DNA of 64,000 nt, from positions 4,833-68,832 of IMG/VR virus record IMGVR_UViG_3300030098_006784. One strand, written 5' to 3'. The notes beneath the pieces were generated by a model. The model had not been told where the DNA came from, did no database searches, and saw nothing but the letters and a program-made list of their open reading frames with translations. This document shows positions 46,403-56,632 of this stretch, piece after piece. Position numbers and translations under genes: made by a program. This DNA comes from a virus. The first letter of the stretch is position 1; each line of letters opens with the position of its first letter.

Positions 46403-47551
46403 TTAAAGCTCCTCCGACCCCCCCAGCAAAATCTCCGCAAGCTGTTGCTGCTCTTCTATGGGCTGATACATACCGTCTGCTTTGAGAGCGCGCGCATAAG
46501 CTCGCTGCTGCTTCAAGATTGCATCCGCGCGTTCAAGATCTCGGCGCAGCTCAGCTTCTCTTTCCGGGGTCTGCGGCTTTTCAAGTTCATCTGCCAACGC
46601 GCTTCTATGCGTCTCCATCACCGGAATACTAATATTGGCGTCAGCATTGACGTCAGCAGTCCGACGCCGTGCGACTTGTTTAAGCACGTCGCTGCTGTAC
46701 GGAGGTACCACAGCCTCAGCGCCCGTATAAAAGGCGGGCGCGGGTTCCATCAAACGCGACAACTCTTCCGCGGGAGCTACCGCCTTAGGAGGCGCTTCTT
46801 GAGGGCTTAGAACACCTCCCCGGTACTGTTCAGGCGGAGCCTGAGGATCCGGCGCAACACCCGGCGCGTAGACTTTATACGGTACCTCGCCTGGATATTG
46901 CGGGGCCTCCGATCGAACAAGCTCATCCGCGAGCAGTTTAGCGCCGTATCCCGCAGGACCTCCGATGGGCACGGGAACGTTCTCAACGGAAGCTGCGGTG
47001 AAGGGGATTTGGACGTTCTCAACAGAACCTTCGCCGATCAAACCGAGGTCGGGTCGGGTCGGGTCCGCGGGCACAACAGTTTGGCCAAGCGGCGTCTCAA
47101 GTGCAGCCGCCTGACGAAGAAGATCCTCTCGTCGCGGGTCCGCAACCTTAATCTCAGTACCGCGAATAGGAGCGGGCTCGCTGTACTGAGGCACCGCTGC
47201 GGCACGAAGCATGACGTCACGAGCCGGCGGCGAGATTTGTCCTGTCGGCTTTGAAGCGTCAAGCGCCGAAAGCTGCTTTTGTGCTTGCCGGTACTCTTCC
47301 AGCCCTTCAGGTTGGACTACCCGCTTCCCCATCGCTGGAGTCGGAGTCGGCTCAGATTTCGGCTCCGCCGACTCAACAGGTTGCGTCATCGGAGTCGTAC
47401 GAGGAGTTGTCGTAGCCGCCTTCACCGGAGTCGTGCGAGAAGTCGTAGCTGCCTTCGCCGGAGGCTTATTCACGCCCGTACCCGCAGTCTTCTTCGTGCT
47501 CGACTTCTTCGCTGTTTCACGCACCCGCGCGTCGGTGTAAAAACTCGACAT
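46403..47551 (-). CDS. Internal virion protein, Pro/Thr/Ala-rich
   Basis: TGATG coupling to the upstream gene; low complexity. Confidence 0.7.
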   Translation of the reverse strand: MSSFYTDARVRETAKKSSTKKTAGTGVNKPPAKAATTSRTTPVKAATTTPRTTPMTQPVESAEPKSEPTPTPAMGKRVVQPEGLEEYRQAQKQLSALDASKPTGQISPPARDVMLRAAAVPQYSEPAPIRGTEIKVADPRREDLLRQAAALETPLGQTVVPADPTRPDLGLIGEGSVENVQIPFTAASVENVPVPIGGPAGYGAKLLADELVRSEAPQYPGEVPYKVYAPGVAPDPQAPPEQYRGGVLSPQEAPPKAVAPAEELSRLMEPAPAFYTGAEAVVPPYSSDVLKQVARRRTADVNADANISIPVMETHRSALADELEKPQTPEREAELRRDLERADAILKQQRAYARALKADGMYQPIEEQQQLAEILLGGSEEL

Positions 47552-50500
47552 CAGACGGCTCCTCGTCCTTCGGTGGGCGCCATGTCACCCGTGGCGGCGA
47601 TCTGAGCGTCCGCGTCGATGTTCTTGCGGCTGACTCGGCGAAGCATCGCCATGCGGTCAGACGGGGCTCTTGACTCCTTCGGCGCCTTCGGCTCCTTCGG
47701 CTCCTTCGGAGCTGAGGCGACGCTGCGCTCGAGGCTCTGAAGGTCCGTCTCCGCACGCTTCGGGCGACGCGCGCGAGCCACCGACATGAAGCGTTCAAAC
47801 CCAGGACTGGGCGAGTAGTCGTCCAGCTGAGCCGTCTCGTCGGGTACCGCATCGCTGCGGTCGTTCGTACTCGTCTTCAACCGAGGAGCGTCCGACTTCG
47901 GCGGCGCTGTATCCTTCCTCGGGCTCACCTTGATGTTGACAGAACCCAGCTCAATGTCCTTTCCGAATCGGCGTCCCAGCGCGGCTTCGATGACTTCTTG
48001 TTCTTGAAGCGCTTTTCTTTCTTCTGGGGTAGGCTCGTAACCTTCAGGACGATCTTGCCCGCGAGCTTTGGGCAGAAGCACCATGTCAGATTCAGGCTTG
48101 AACTCAGGCTCAGGTTCCGGTTCCGGTTCCAGCGTGGTGGCGGCTTGCCGCTGCGCCTCCTGCGCGTCAACCGCACGTTTCTGAGACCCGCGAATCTCAT
48201 CTTCGTCTGCGAGGAACCCAAACTCGTCGTCGACAGGCGCGTCGTCGTCGACAGGCGCGTCGTCGTCAGGGTCTGCGCCCGGTCGGAAGAAGTCAGGATC
48301 CACAGGCGCGCCGGGCGCGTCTTGCGCCGACTTGTAATCCTTCAAGGCGCCCTGCGCGCGCTCAGTAGCTTCTTCAAGCGCCCGACTGTTTTCAGGTGAC
48401 GGGTCCTCGGCGTACGCTTCTTCAGCCGCCTTGAAGTCCATACGAGCCAGCTCAAGCGCCTCAAGCGGCGTCGTAGCTTCCGTCGGCTTAGCGGTTCCCC
48501 GTGCTTGGACAGCGCGCGCCGCCTGGTAATCAGCTTCCCGAGCCTGAAGCGCCTCGCGCGCTTCCTCGAGCCGCGCTTGATTCTCTGGCGAGTCATCCGC
48601 AGCAAACGCCGTTTCGGCGTCCTCCAGATTCTTGCGCGCCTGATCCCTCGCCTCACGCGCAGCCGGAGCTTCGGGCACAGGACCCTCGCCACGGACTTCT
48701 TCTGCGCGTTCGGCAGCGCGAGCCTGCTCGTAGTCGGTCGGGGGTTCGCCCGCCGGGGGAACAGGCACGACCGTACCGTCTTCAAGCGTGACCGTGTCTT
48801 CGACGTCCGGCGTCTCCCGCGCCACATCGCCCCGACGCTCGTCCAAGAGCGCTTCTTCGCGCTTCTGCTCTTCGACCTCTTCAGCCAGGCGCTTCTTCTC
48901 TCGCGGCCCCCGAGGCTTCATCTCGGGTTCCGTGAGTTCGACAGCACGGTCGACGACGTTGAGCCGCTTCTCCGGTTCAGGATCGCCGCGCTCGACAACA
49001 CGTTGGGTGCGTCGCTCCTGGTAGCCGCCGAGCACCGCGTTCATGCCCTCAGCCGGCGTCGTGTCGCTCTTGTAGCTGACACGGTTCGACGAGTAGATCT
49101 GATCCGCTTCGATGACGTGAGTGCCCAACCCGTCGCGAATGACGATAGAGCCCGGCGGATGCGTGGCGTGCCGCTTGACGCGCTCACCTTCAATCAGCAT
49201 GAGCTGAGGCGGTTCGTCGGTGTACTGGACCGCGCCTTGAAGCGAATCCGTGAACTGCTTTTGAACCTCGGCGGCTCGCTCATCGGCGACGACTTCAAAC
49301 GACAACCTCTCGCCGCTCGCTTCAACCGCCTCAAGCTTTGCAGGAGTGAGGTACCCCGCAGGCTCGCCCTCTTCATTGAGAAACACCACCGGATCAGGCG
49401 GACTACCCCCCTCCGCCAAAAGCGTGGTCGCTTCACTGATAAGCTCAGCGTCCTCTTCGGAGTCAAGCTTACGGACACCTGTGATCTCGACTGAGTCTCC
49501 GTCCTCCACCACTTCGAGTTGGTACAGACCACCTTGGTTGTCAACAGCCAAGGCTTTGCTACGCGGGATAAAACTGATACCCGGTTGCGGCTGAAGCCGA
49601 GCCATGTACTCCGACGTCACATACTTACGCGTGCCGTCAGCACGATCGATGTATGCGTACCGTCCGTCGGCCAGACGGTGCTTCTCGATGACCGCGGGGT
49701 CGGTGATCTCAACCTGGAAGAGCTCCCCCGTCCCCTTGTTGACCCCGCCGAGACCGCCGTAGAAGTTGGGGTCACCAAACTTGTACTGCTTGTGGTACTT
49801 GATGAGCGCCATGTTGTCTGCGGCGCCCGGCGAGTAGCTGATGAGCATGCCGTCGGCGTCAAACTCCGCCTGACCAAGACCGGTCGGGAACCCGTTATCC
49901 GCTGCCCACTCGCGGAACTCAGGGTTCATGATCGCGCGGGCGACGTCCGCGTCTTCTTCCTTGTTTGGGTAAGCAAGCGCGCGAAGCTGCTCCCAGGTGT
50001 CGACGGTTTCGCGGAACTGACGGTCCTGCTGCTCCAACTCGGCCAAGCGGTTCTGCGCTTCTTCCGGCGAAGTGATTCCCAGAATCTGCTCGTACTGAGA
50101 ATCGAGCTCTCGCACGGCGGCGAGCGCTTGGTCCTTTAGCTCCCCAAGATCTTCTTCGTTGGAAATCGCCATCGCACTTGCGACGCCGAGGGCCTGTTTC
50201 TCGGCAATCTCCAGGCTCGTCATCGTGGTGTCGAACGCTTTCTGGGCACGATACGCATCCGCGCCGAGTTGGTTGATGCGGTCTATCGTCGCATCGGCAA
50301 GCTTCTCTTCTGCCTTCGCGGAGTACGTGACTTTACCCGTCTCTTGATCCCAGGAGATCTCGCCGCCACCCAGCTCCGTGACAGCCAGAGCGAAGACTGT
50401 TGGCAACTCAGCGTCGGTGTAGCGCAGCGTACCGTCGGCGTTGCTCAGCGTCCCTATGTACGTAGCCCATTCGGCAGCAAGGTCACCTTTGCCCTCGACT

Positions 50501-50853
50501 TGAGCGTTTCGGACCGCCTGGCTACCTCGAGTTGTCGCACCATCAACGACCCGAGACATCGCTTGCTGACGCGACTTGATGACCTCGGTCATGTGGTTGA
50601 GTGCGTCGCCCTTGCTCTCGACGTTGTAGCCCTCAAGCTGCGCGATGTAATCACGCGTGTCCGCCGCCCACTCCAGATGCGACCGCATCCGCTCCATCTC
50701 GAGCTTGTTCTGCTCGGCGTTGTAGCCCTGCTGGTAGTCGAGAAGCGTCTTCGACAGATTGTCGAGTTCTTTGATGTACTCGAGGTTGTCGGTCGGCGCG
50801 TCGGGATCGTCGGGGTAACCGATAGCCCAAAGCTCGAAACTGCTGTAGCTCAT
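47551..50853 (-). CDS. Internal virion protein (1100 aa, acidic and helical)
   Basis: ATGA overlap; coiled-coil repeats; synteny with podovirus ejection genes. Confidence 0.75.
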   Translation of the reverse strand: MSYSSFELWAIGYPDDPDAPTDNLEYIKELDNLSKTLLDYQQGYNAEQNKLEMERMRSHLEWAADTRDYIAQLEGYNVESKGDALNHMTEVIKSRQQAMSRVVDGATTRGSQAVRNAQVEGKGDLAAEWATYIGTLSNADGTLRYTDAELPTVFALAVTELGGGEISWDQETGKVTYSAKAEEKLADATIDRINQLGADAYRAQKAFDTTMTSLEIAEKQALGVASAMAISNEEDLGELKDQALAAVRELDSQYEQILGITSPEEAQNRLAELEQQDRQFRETVDTWEQLRALAYPNKEEDADVARAIMNPEFREWAADNGFPTGLGQAEFDADGMLISYSPGAADNMALIKYHKQYKFGDPNFYGGLGGVNKGTGELFQVEITDPAVIEKHRLADGRYAYIDRADGTRKYVTSEYMARLQPQPGISFIPRSKALAVDNQGGLYQLEVVEDGDSVEITGVRKLDSEEDAELISEATTLLAEGGSPPDPVVFLNEEGEPAGYLTPAKLEAVEASGERLSFEVVADERAAEVQKQFTDSLQGAVQYTDEPPQLMLIEGERVKRHATHPPGSIVIRDGLGTHVIEADQIYSSNRVSYKSDTTPAEGMNAVLGGYQERRTQRVVERGDPEPEKRLNVVDRAVELTEPEMKPRGPREKKRLAEEVEEQKREEALLDERRGDVARETPDVEDTVTLEDGTVVPVPPAGEPPTDYEQARAAERAEEVRGEGPVPEAPAAREARDQARKNLEDAETAFAADDSPENQARLEEAREALQAREADYQAARAVQARGTAKPTEATTPLEALELARMDFKAAEEAYAEDPSPENSRALEEATERAQGALKDYKSAQDAPGAPVDPDFFRPGADPDDDAPVDDDAPVDDEFGFLADEDEIRGSQKRAVDAQEAQRQAATTLEPEPEPEPEFKPESDMVLLPKARGQDRPEGYEPTPEERKALQEQEVIEAALGRRFGKDIELGSVNIKVSPRKDTAPPKSDAPRLKTSTNDRSDAVPDETAQLDDYSPSPGFERFMSVARARRPKRAETDLQSLERSVASAPKEPKEPKAPKESRAPSDRMAMLRRVSRKNIDADAQIAATGDMAPTEGRGAV

Positions 50854-51449
50854 GCCAATCTCTCGTTAACCACGGCGGCACCACCACTTCGAGTAGATTC
50901 TGGTACAAGCTCTCGATACTTCGTCGTACCTGCCATGACACCCGCCGCGAGCCCACCATCCTGCGCTGTACCTTTACGCTCGTGGTAGACGCGATCACGC
51001 GCGGCAGACACACGAGCTCGAGCAATGTCACGCTCGGAAACTTCTGCCTGACGTGCCTGCTGCTCGACGCCCAACCGAGCCTGTGCCATGGCATCTGCCC
51101 GAGCCTTCGCCAGGCGCCCGGCAGCTGCCGCCTGCAAACCCGAACGTCCGTAGCCGCCCATCGCTGCGGCAGAACGCTTGAGATCGACGTCCAATTCCGC
51201 CGTACCCTCGCGAATTGCTCGGGACGCCTCGTTGAGCATGAGGCGCTTCTCCGCCTCACCTGGACCAAAGCCGCCCTGTTGAAGCTTCTTGATGTCCTCT
51301 TTGAGAAGCTTACGCTCAGCGCGCCCGTAGGGACTCAAGGCTGCCGCGTAATGCGGGCCCTTCTTGGACGTCTGAGAAACAGCCGCAGTTCCCGCGCCCT
51401 TCGCGATCGCAGATTTCGCGGCAGCTCCAATCAGAGCAGTTGCAGCCAT
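50850..51449 (-). CDS. Small internal virion (ejection) protein
   Basis: Ala/Gly-rich MAATALIGAAA; basic and helical. Confidence 0.7.
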   Translation of the reverse strand: MAATALIGAAAKSAIAKGAGTAAVSQTSKKGPHYAAALSPYGRAERKLLKEDIKKLQQGGFGPGEAEKRLMLNEASRAIREGTAELDVDLKRSAAAMGGYGRSGLQAAAAGRLAKARADAMAQARLGVEQQARQAEVSERDIARARVSAARDRVYHERKGTAQDGGLAAGVMAGTTKYRELVPESTRSGGAAVVNERLA

Positions 51450-51466
51450 GGCGAACTATACCTCTA

Positions 51467-52285
51467 CTACAGGAAGGGAACGACCCGAACAGTCCCTGAG
51501 CCGAAGCTGCAGCGTTGCCGGATGTCGTGGGAGTAAGTCTCGTAACCGCCCTTACCACTAAACGGCGAGGCCGATGTATCACCCCGCTGCCGCCATAGGT
51601 TGCGCGAGATGTCTACCGGCTCCATGTACAGCATCAGCTGAACATCGTGCCAGCCAACAGCCAGGTTCGTCGCCATGTGGTGCAAGTCCCACGTCATGAC
51701 CGACTGCGCCACGTAATCATGCGCGTCGAACGCGCTGTAGCTGCTTTGCGGCGTGTTGGTGTACGCTGCAGTGACCGGTACAGCGCGCTTCGTATGGTTG
51801 AGCAAAGCGCCGTTGTACGCCAGACATACAGCCATGTCAGGACGTACAAGCGTGCTCAACGTATCGGGGTCGTCAGTAGTCCAATAGTTGACGTGCCAAG
51901 GGCTGAGAAAGAACTGAATCTGCAAGATCGCTGCGCTCGCGGCGAAGTGCTGATACCACCGCTGCCCAAACCCAGGCACAGGCACCCACTCAGAAATTGG
52001 CGCAGACGTAATCGCGCCACCCAAGCTTTCTGCCCGGTCAAACGCGCCTTGGTTGCAGTCGATCTTCTCGGTAACGCTCTCGCCACGAGCACGATGTACC
52101 GACTCAGGCGTCAAATGGTCCGTGTCGATGGTGAAGCCTGCTTCAAGGTTCACCGACTCCAGATGACCATTCGGCTCCGACATGATGCCGATGCCGGGAT
52201 TCGCCGTGTAGATGTTCTGGTTGTGGCCTGCGGTGTCGAGCTTCAACCCGTCAGGGTAGAACTCCGCGGCGTTGACAGTACCCAT
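51467..52285 (-). CDS. Tail-associated protein
   Basis: TAATG coupling; position in tail block. Confidence 0.65.
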   Translation of the reverse strand: MGTVNAAEFYPDGLKLDTAGHNQNIYTANPGIGIMSEPNGHLESVNLEAGFTIDTDHLTPESVHRARGESVTEKIDCNQGAFDRAESLGGAITSAPISEWVPVPGFGQRWYQHFAASAAILQIQFFLSPWHVNYWTTDDPDTLSTLVRPDMAVCLAYNGALLNHTKRAVPVTAAYTNTPQSSYSAFDAHDYVAQSVMTWDLHHMATNLAVGWHDVQLMLYMEPVDISRNLWRQRGDTSASPFSGKGGYETYSHDIRQRCSFGSGTVRVVPFL

Positions 52286-53829
52286 TAGGTCTTCTCGAGA
52301 TGAAGGACGGAAATGTTGGCTCGCCGAGTGGACATTTGAATGTAGGCGCTACCCATCTGGGTGTAGTGCAAGCCGTTCGGGTCGAGATGTGGCGCCGACA
52401 TGGTTGAGCCCATCACCTTGATGTAGTCCACGTTCCCGATGGCGTGACCTGAGTCACCAAACTCGATTACGGCGAGAAGCGAGACATCGAGGTTCTGCGA
52501 ATCGATCAACGGACGCGTAGGCTTATCGCCTACACCGCTGCCGTTGTTCCAGTCGTAAAGAATACGAGTGACGCCGTCGTTCACCATGTTGTAGTGCTGG
52601 ATGTAGCACTCACTCGCAGGAACCACTTCAGGGTCCTGACCGCTGCGCTTCAGTATGAAACACAACGCGCCGTAGATCGCCGCGTGCTGCAGCGGGTGCG
52701 GTCTTGGCGGATCGTAGAGCTCAAGATGGCGCACCTGAACGTTTGCATGAACGATGAGGTAGCAGCCCTTACTGATGGTCAGGGAAGAGACTCCCAGCTC
52801 ATTGGAGCCTGCGTGAACAGGATACCAACCAACAGACCCGTGCGACGAGGTCGCGAGAGTCGCCGTCTCAAAACCGGGGTAGTAGCTTGAAATCGTGTTC
52901 GTCGAAGCCGGCGCGAGTGCCGTCTGCGCTGTCCCAGAGCCGACCTTACTGGTCAAGTGATAGTGATCACAAGACCCGCGCGCCAAAGCGCCGCTGCGCA
53001 CGTTGTTCAGCTTCTGCCGGATGCGGTCAACGCGATCCGTCCCCAAAGTCTGCTGGCTGATCGTGTCCTCAGGCTCAAAAGCTTCGACGTTCACTTCGTC
53101 GAACGCAACAGCACTTGCAGCAACAACGGGAAGCTCTATCGCCATCAACTGACGATTCGTCAGTCCAATCTGGTTGAACTGAGTCCCAAGACGTCGGCAA
53201 AGGACGCGGACCGTCGTTGATCCCGCGGGCACAGGAACCATCGCCCCAAAACGCACCGACCAAATACCGGGGCCTTGCGCCGAACAACCACGTACGACTT
53301 CTACTCGAGGTCCTGGACGATTGTCCTTGTTGGGTTCAGTCTTCGTCGGGTTGGGGAGCTCCCCGCGAACTGCGTTGTCGTACGGGTCCGGCATGCCGGT
53401 GACCGTGCCCTCGATCAGTGCGCCGTTCACCGCCAACGCAAGCTGCACATTCCCTGGTATCGAACCGTCAATGATCTGAACACGCGCAACAACCCACAAG
53501 ACACTGGTCCCCGTGGTGATGTCGAGCTGCACATCAGAAACGACAGACCACCCAGAACCAACAGGAACCAGATGATCGTTACCCCCTGTCGTGACAGAGG
53601 GGTCCGTATACGCCGTGTGGACTCCAAAGCCTGAGTCCTCCGACCGAACCGCGTAATGAACCTTGTAGTAGGCGTTCGCCTCTACCGCCGGAGCCAGACC
53701 CGCAGCCAAGTTGTGCTGGTTGATGCGCCCGCCATAGTTCTCGACGACCGGCTGAACATCGTCGTTGATCTCAACAGGGTCGAGAACGTCTTGGTCGCGC
53801 AGACGGCGCTTCGGGAAGATGTACGACAT
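52285..53829 (-). CDS. Tail-associated protein
   Basis: Start MSYIFPKRRL at 53829; beta-rich, two-module appearance. Confidence 0.7.
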   Translation of the reverse strand: MSYIFPKRRLRDQDVLDPVEINDDVQPVVENYGGRINQHNLAAGLAPAVEANAYYKVHYAVRSEDSGFGVHTAYTDPSVTTGGNDHLVPVGSGWSVVSDVQLDITTGTSVLWVVARVQIIDGSIPGNVQLALAVNGALIEGTVTGMPDPYDNAVRGELPNPTKTEPNKDNRPGPRVEVVRGCSAQGPGIWSVRFGAMVPVPAGSTTVRVLCRRLGTQFNQIGLTNRQLMAIELPVVAASAVAFDEVNVEAFEPEDTISQQTLGTDRVDRIRQKLNNVRSGALARGSCDHYHLTSKVGSGTAQTALAPASTNTISSYYPGFETATLATSSHGSVGWYPVHAGSNELGVSSLTISKGCYLIVHANVQVRHLELYDPPRPHPLQHAAIYGALCFILKRSGQDPEVVPASECYIQHYNMVNDGVTRILYDWNNGSGVGDKPTRPLIDSQNLDVSLLAVIEFGDSGHAIGNVDYIKVMGSTMSAPHLDPNGLHYTQMGSAYIQMSTRRANISVLHLEKT

Positions 53830-53947
53830 GCTGCGCTGGAGCGTAGCACGAAGAGACATCTGTTGACAGGGCTGACGACGCTCGAGTAGAGTAACGCCAA
53901 AGAATCTGCTGAAGCAGGGGCGGGTAGGTGCGCCTGGTATACGCCGG

Positions 53948-56143
53948 TCAGTCGTTGTACTTCGGGATTCTGCCCAGGGTGTTGCCGCGGGTCGCAATGC
54001 TGATGTCGAACGCGAACGCTGCCAACTCGATGCGCGTCGGGTAGCTCGCTCGGATCTCGAACGCCCAGGTACGGCAGTCCTCCATGCCGACCGGGATCTG
54101 GCGCCAGAAGAGGCGCGGATCATGCACCTTGGCGGTACCTACGACCGCTTCGCCTGCGATGTCCGCGGGAAGCTTGCTTCCGTCGTCAACCCCGATGAGC
54201 TTCAACTCGACCGAGTCATGCGCCGCAGCCCAGTTCCCGTTGCGGTAGAAGGTCACCGTCGCTGTCCCGTTCCATCGGTCCAGCAAGCCCACATACATGG
54301 TGCGGACGTGCATCGGTGTGAGGCCCAAGTCGTCCGCCCGCAACCAGCCGCTCTTGTAGACCACGTCTCGGGCAGGCGGATCGGAGTCGGTCTCGTGGTC
54401 GAGGACGAAGACGTCCGTACGCTGACGTTCCGCCACCGTCACGTTGACCGTGGGGTTCTGATCGTCGGGCTGGTTCAGCGGCAACTCAGCCTCTACCAGG
54501 CCCGGCGGGTAGCCGATGCAAAGTTGGTACTGACGCCAGTCCATCGTGGTGCAGATGTCAGCTACATGCAGGCCGAGCTCGAGGCGGCGCCACCCCTCGC
54601 CGTCGTAGGTGATGCCCAGGGTGTTGTGATTGCTGCCGCTTGGCGCGATGAAGCACCGGTACTCGCCGCTTGTCGGGTCGACTGCGGAACACGCCGTCAT
54701 CAACATGCTGCGGTTCAGGAAGTGACGCACCGTACGGTCGATGCTTGTGCTGATCGCTTGAGGCGCTCCGAAGCCAACACCGCCTGTCGGCGTACTGATG
54801 GGGCGCAGCGAGTAGAACCCTCGACGCCCCAACCAGATCAACGTACCGTCGTGCATCGCGGCGAGCGACCTTGGAGCGACGCAGCCGATGCCCTCTGCGA
54901 GCTTTACCGGGAACGTGAAATCGGTGATGTCGAAAACGCTGTCCGCCGTAAACGCCAGCAACCTTCCGCCATGAGAGGTGAGGGCGGTCACCTCGGCGCC
55001 GCCTGCGTCGGGGTAGATGTAGTCTATCTCGTCGAATTGACCCAAGAAACCTGGGACTGAGCGCCGGACAATGCCCGGATCCTCGAGCGTGTTGCCGATG
55101 ATCAAGCTTCCCTGGAAAGTACACATGACCCGAAAGATTGGAACGGGCACGCCCATGCGCAGAACCGCGCCGAGCTCTCCATCTGCCTTGTTGTCCGGGA
55201 TGAGCTGTGCGCGATTGGGATACCGCCCAACAAACCGCAGGTCCGTCGACTGATGGTTGATGTCCGCGGTTCGATAGATGTGAACCGCAACGGCGTGATC
55301 AGGCAGATCGTCGTAGTCGAACGTGACGTAGAACTGCTTCGTCAAGTCGTCCGCTTCACTGTCTGCGAACTCGTTCGATGCACCAGAAAACACCCCCTTT
55401 GTGATCTTCGTCCCGTCAGGAAACTCCGCTTTTGACGTCGACAAGAAGACGGAGTTCGACCGCCCGCTGGGGGCGCTGAGGTTTCCGTGAACGTCCTCGA
55501 GGAGCATCACGTACTCGTAGGCGCTGTTCAGCAGAACCGGATCGGTGTCCGAGTAGAACTCTCCGACCGTGCCCACGCGACCGGGCCACGAGTACCCGTC
55601 TTGATTCGGCCACTGGTCTCGCTCGTGTCCGTTCTGCGGACCATACGCTTGCGGCGCTCCTGGTCGCGTTGCGAACCCAAGAGGCACCACCATGCCATCC
55701 CACGTGATGACCCGCGCCTGGTCGATACCGTTCGACCAAACGATCTTGTCGTTCATGACGACAACCTGGTCAGGGTACCGAGGCCGACCCTCGCTGGTCA
55801 GGCCAGTCTCGAGCGTCTCCCAGGCGCGCTCCCAGCCGGCGTGCCGATACAAGACACCGCCGGAACGCACCAACAGAAAGTCGACCATGCCGCCTTGCAG
55901 CGTGGTGTGGAAGACCAAGTGCGGTCGGTTGGTCTTCCCGAGAGTCGCAGAGTAGCCCGCCGGAACAACCAGCTGACGGTCGGGCTCGTAAACGCAGGGG
56001 CCGGTAACGCCGGCAATCGTGCCTTCTTGCGTTCGCCCGAAGTTACGCACCTCCCACGCAAGCTCAGTAGGTGCGTACTTCTTCTGCGCCTCACCGACAG
56101 CGATGATGTACGTGGGCGTCGACTGATTCGCGGGACCGGCCAT
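53948..56143 (-). CDS. Tail nozzle / tubular protein B-like beta-propeller
   Basis: 731 aa; LAEGIGCVAPRSL..LIWLGRRGFY..IS..I pattern. Confidence 0.75.
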   Translation of the reverse strand: MAGPANQSTPTYIIAVGEAQKKYAPTELAWEVRNFGRTQEGTIAGVTGPCVYEPDRQLVVPAGYSATLGKTNRPHLVFHTTLQGGMVDFLLVRSGGVLYRHAGWERAWETLETGLTSEGRPRYPDQVVVMNDKIVWSNGIDQARVITWDGMVVPLGFATRPGAPQAYGPQNGHERDQWPNQDGYSWPGRVGTVGEFYSDTDPVLLNSAYEYVMLLEDVHGNLSAPSGRSNSVFLSTSKAEFPDGTKITKGVFSGASNEFADSEADDLTKQFYVTFDYDDLPDHAVAVHIYRTADINHQSTDLRFVGRYPNRAQLIPDNKADGELGAVLRMGVPVPIFRVMCTFQGSLIIGNTLEDPGIVRRSVPGFLGQFDEIDYIYPDAGGAEVTALTSHGGRLLAFTADSVFDITDFTFPVKLAEGIGCVAPRSLAAMHDGTLIWLGRRGFYSLRPISTPTGGVGFGAPQAISTSIDRTVRHFLNRSMLMTACSAVDPTSGEYRCFIAPSGSNHNTLGITYDGEGWRRLELGLHVADICTTMDWRQYQLCIGYPPGLVEAELPLNQPDDQNPTVNVTVAERQRTDVFVLDHETDSDPPARDVVYKSGWLRADDLGLTPMHVRTMYVGLLDRWNGTATVTFYRNGNWAAAHDSVELKLIGVDDGSKLPADIAGEAVVGTAKVHDPRLFWRQIPVGMEDCRTWAFEIRASYPTRIELAAFAFDISIATRGNTLGRIPKYND

Positions 56144-56164
56144 GGGGAAGTCTACCCCGTTCTG

Positions 56165-56584
56165 CTACGCCGGGGGCGACGGCAACTGACTCGCCACCTT
56201 CTTACGGCGGGTCACCTTCCTCGCCTCAGGCGGCTTGGGCGCCTCGTGCTCTTCCGCCGGACCGACCCAGCGAGCGCGCTCGTTGTTCCACAACCAGTTC
56301 GCCGGAACCCAGTCGTGCTTCCCTCGGGCGTCAGCGCCGCCGTGGATGAAGTCGCGTCCGTTCGAGGCGGAGACCGTACCCTGCCAGTCGAAGCAAGGCT
56401 CCGAGCTGACCACGGGCATGCCGTCTTGGCCCAGGTACTTCTCGTTCACGACCACCGCGATGATCTGCGTGAACTCGATGATGCTCTGGCCCTTACGCTG
56501 GCTGTAGCGCTTGACGAGCTCGCCCGGCATCATCAGGGGGATGCGGGTCATGCCGCGGGGGTCGTCCCAGTCGTTGATCTTCAT
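56165..56584 (-). CDS. Hypothetical protein with its own operator-bearing promoter
   Basis: SD AAGGA; TTGACGcttccGCAA at 56622-56636. Confidence 0.65.
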   Translation of the reverse strand: MKINDWDDPRGMTRIPLMMPGELVKRYSQRKGQSIIEFTQIIAVVVNEKYLGQDGMPVVSSEPCFDWQGTVSASNGRDFIHGGADARGKHDWVPANWLWNNERARWVGPAEEHEAPKPPEARKVTRRKKVASQLPSPPA

Positions 56585-56632
56585 GAACTGTCCTTAATGG
56601 TCAGGACATGTAACCACCACTTTGCGGAAGCG

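Noticed and set aside
47670-47712. Short tandem repeats (also ~15866-15899 and ~48225-48266)
   Set aside because: Explained by peptide repeats PKEPKE, EPEVV and DDDAPV in flexible linkers
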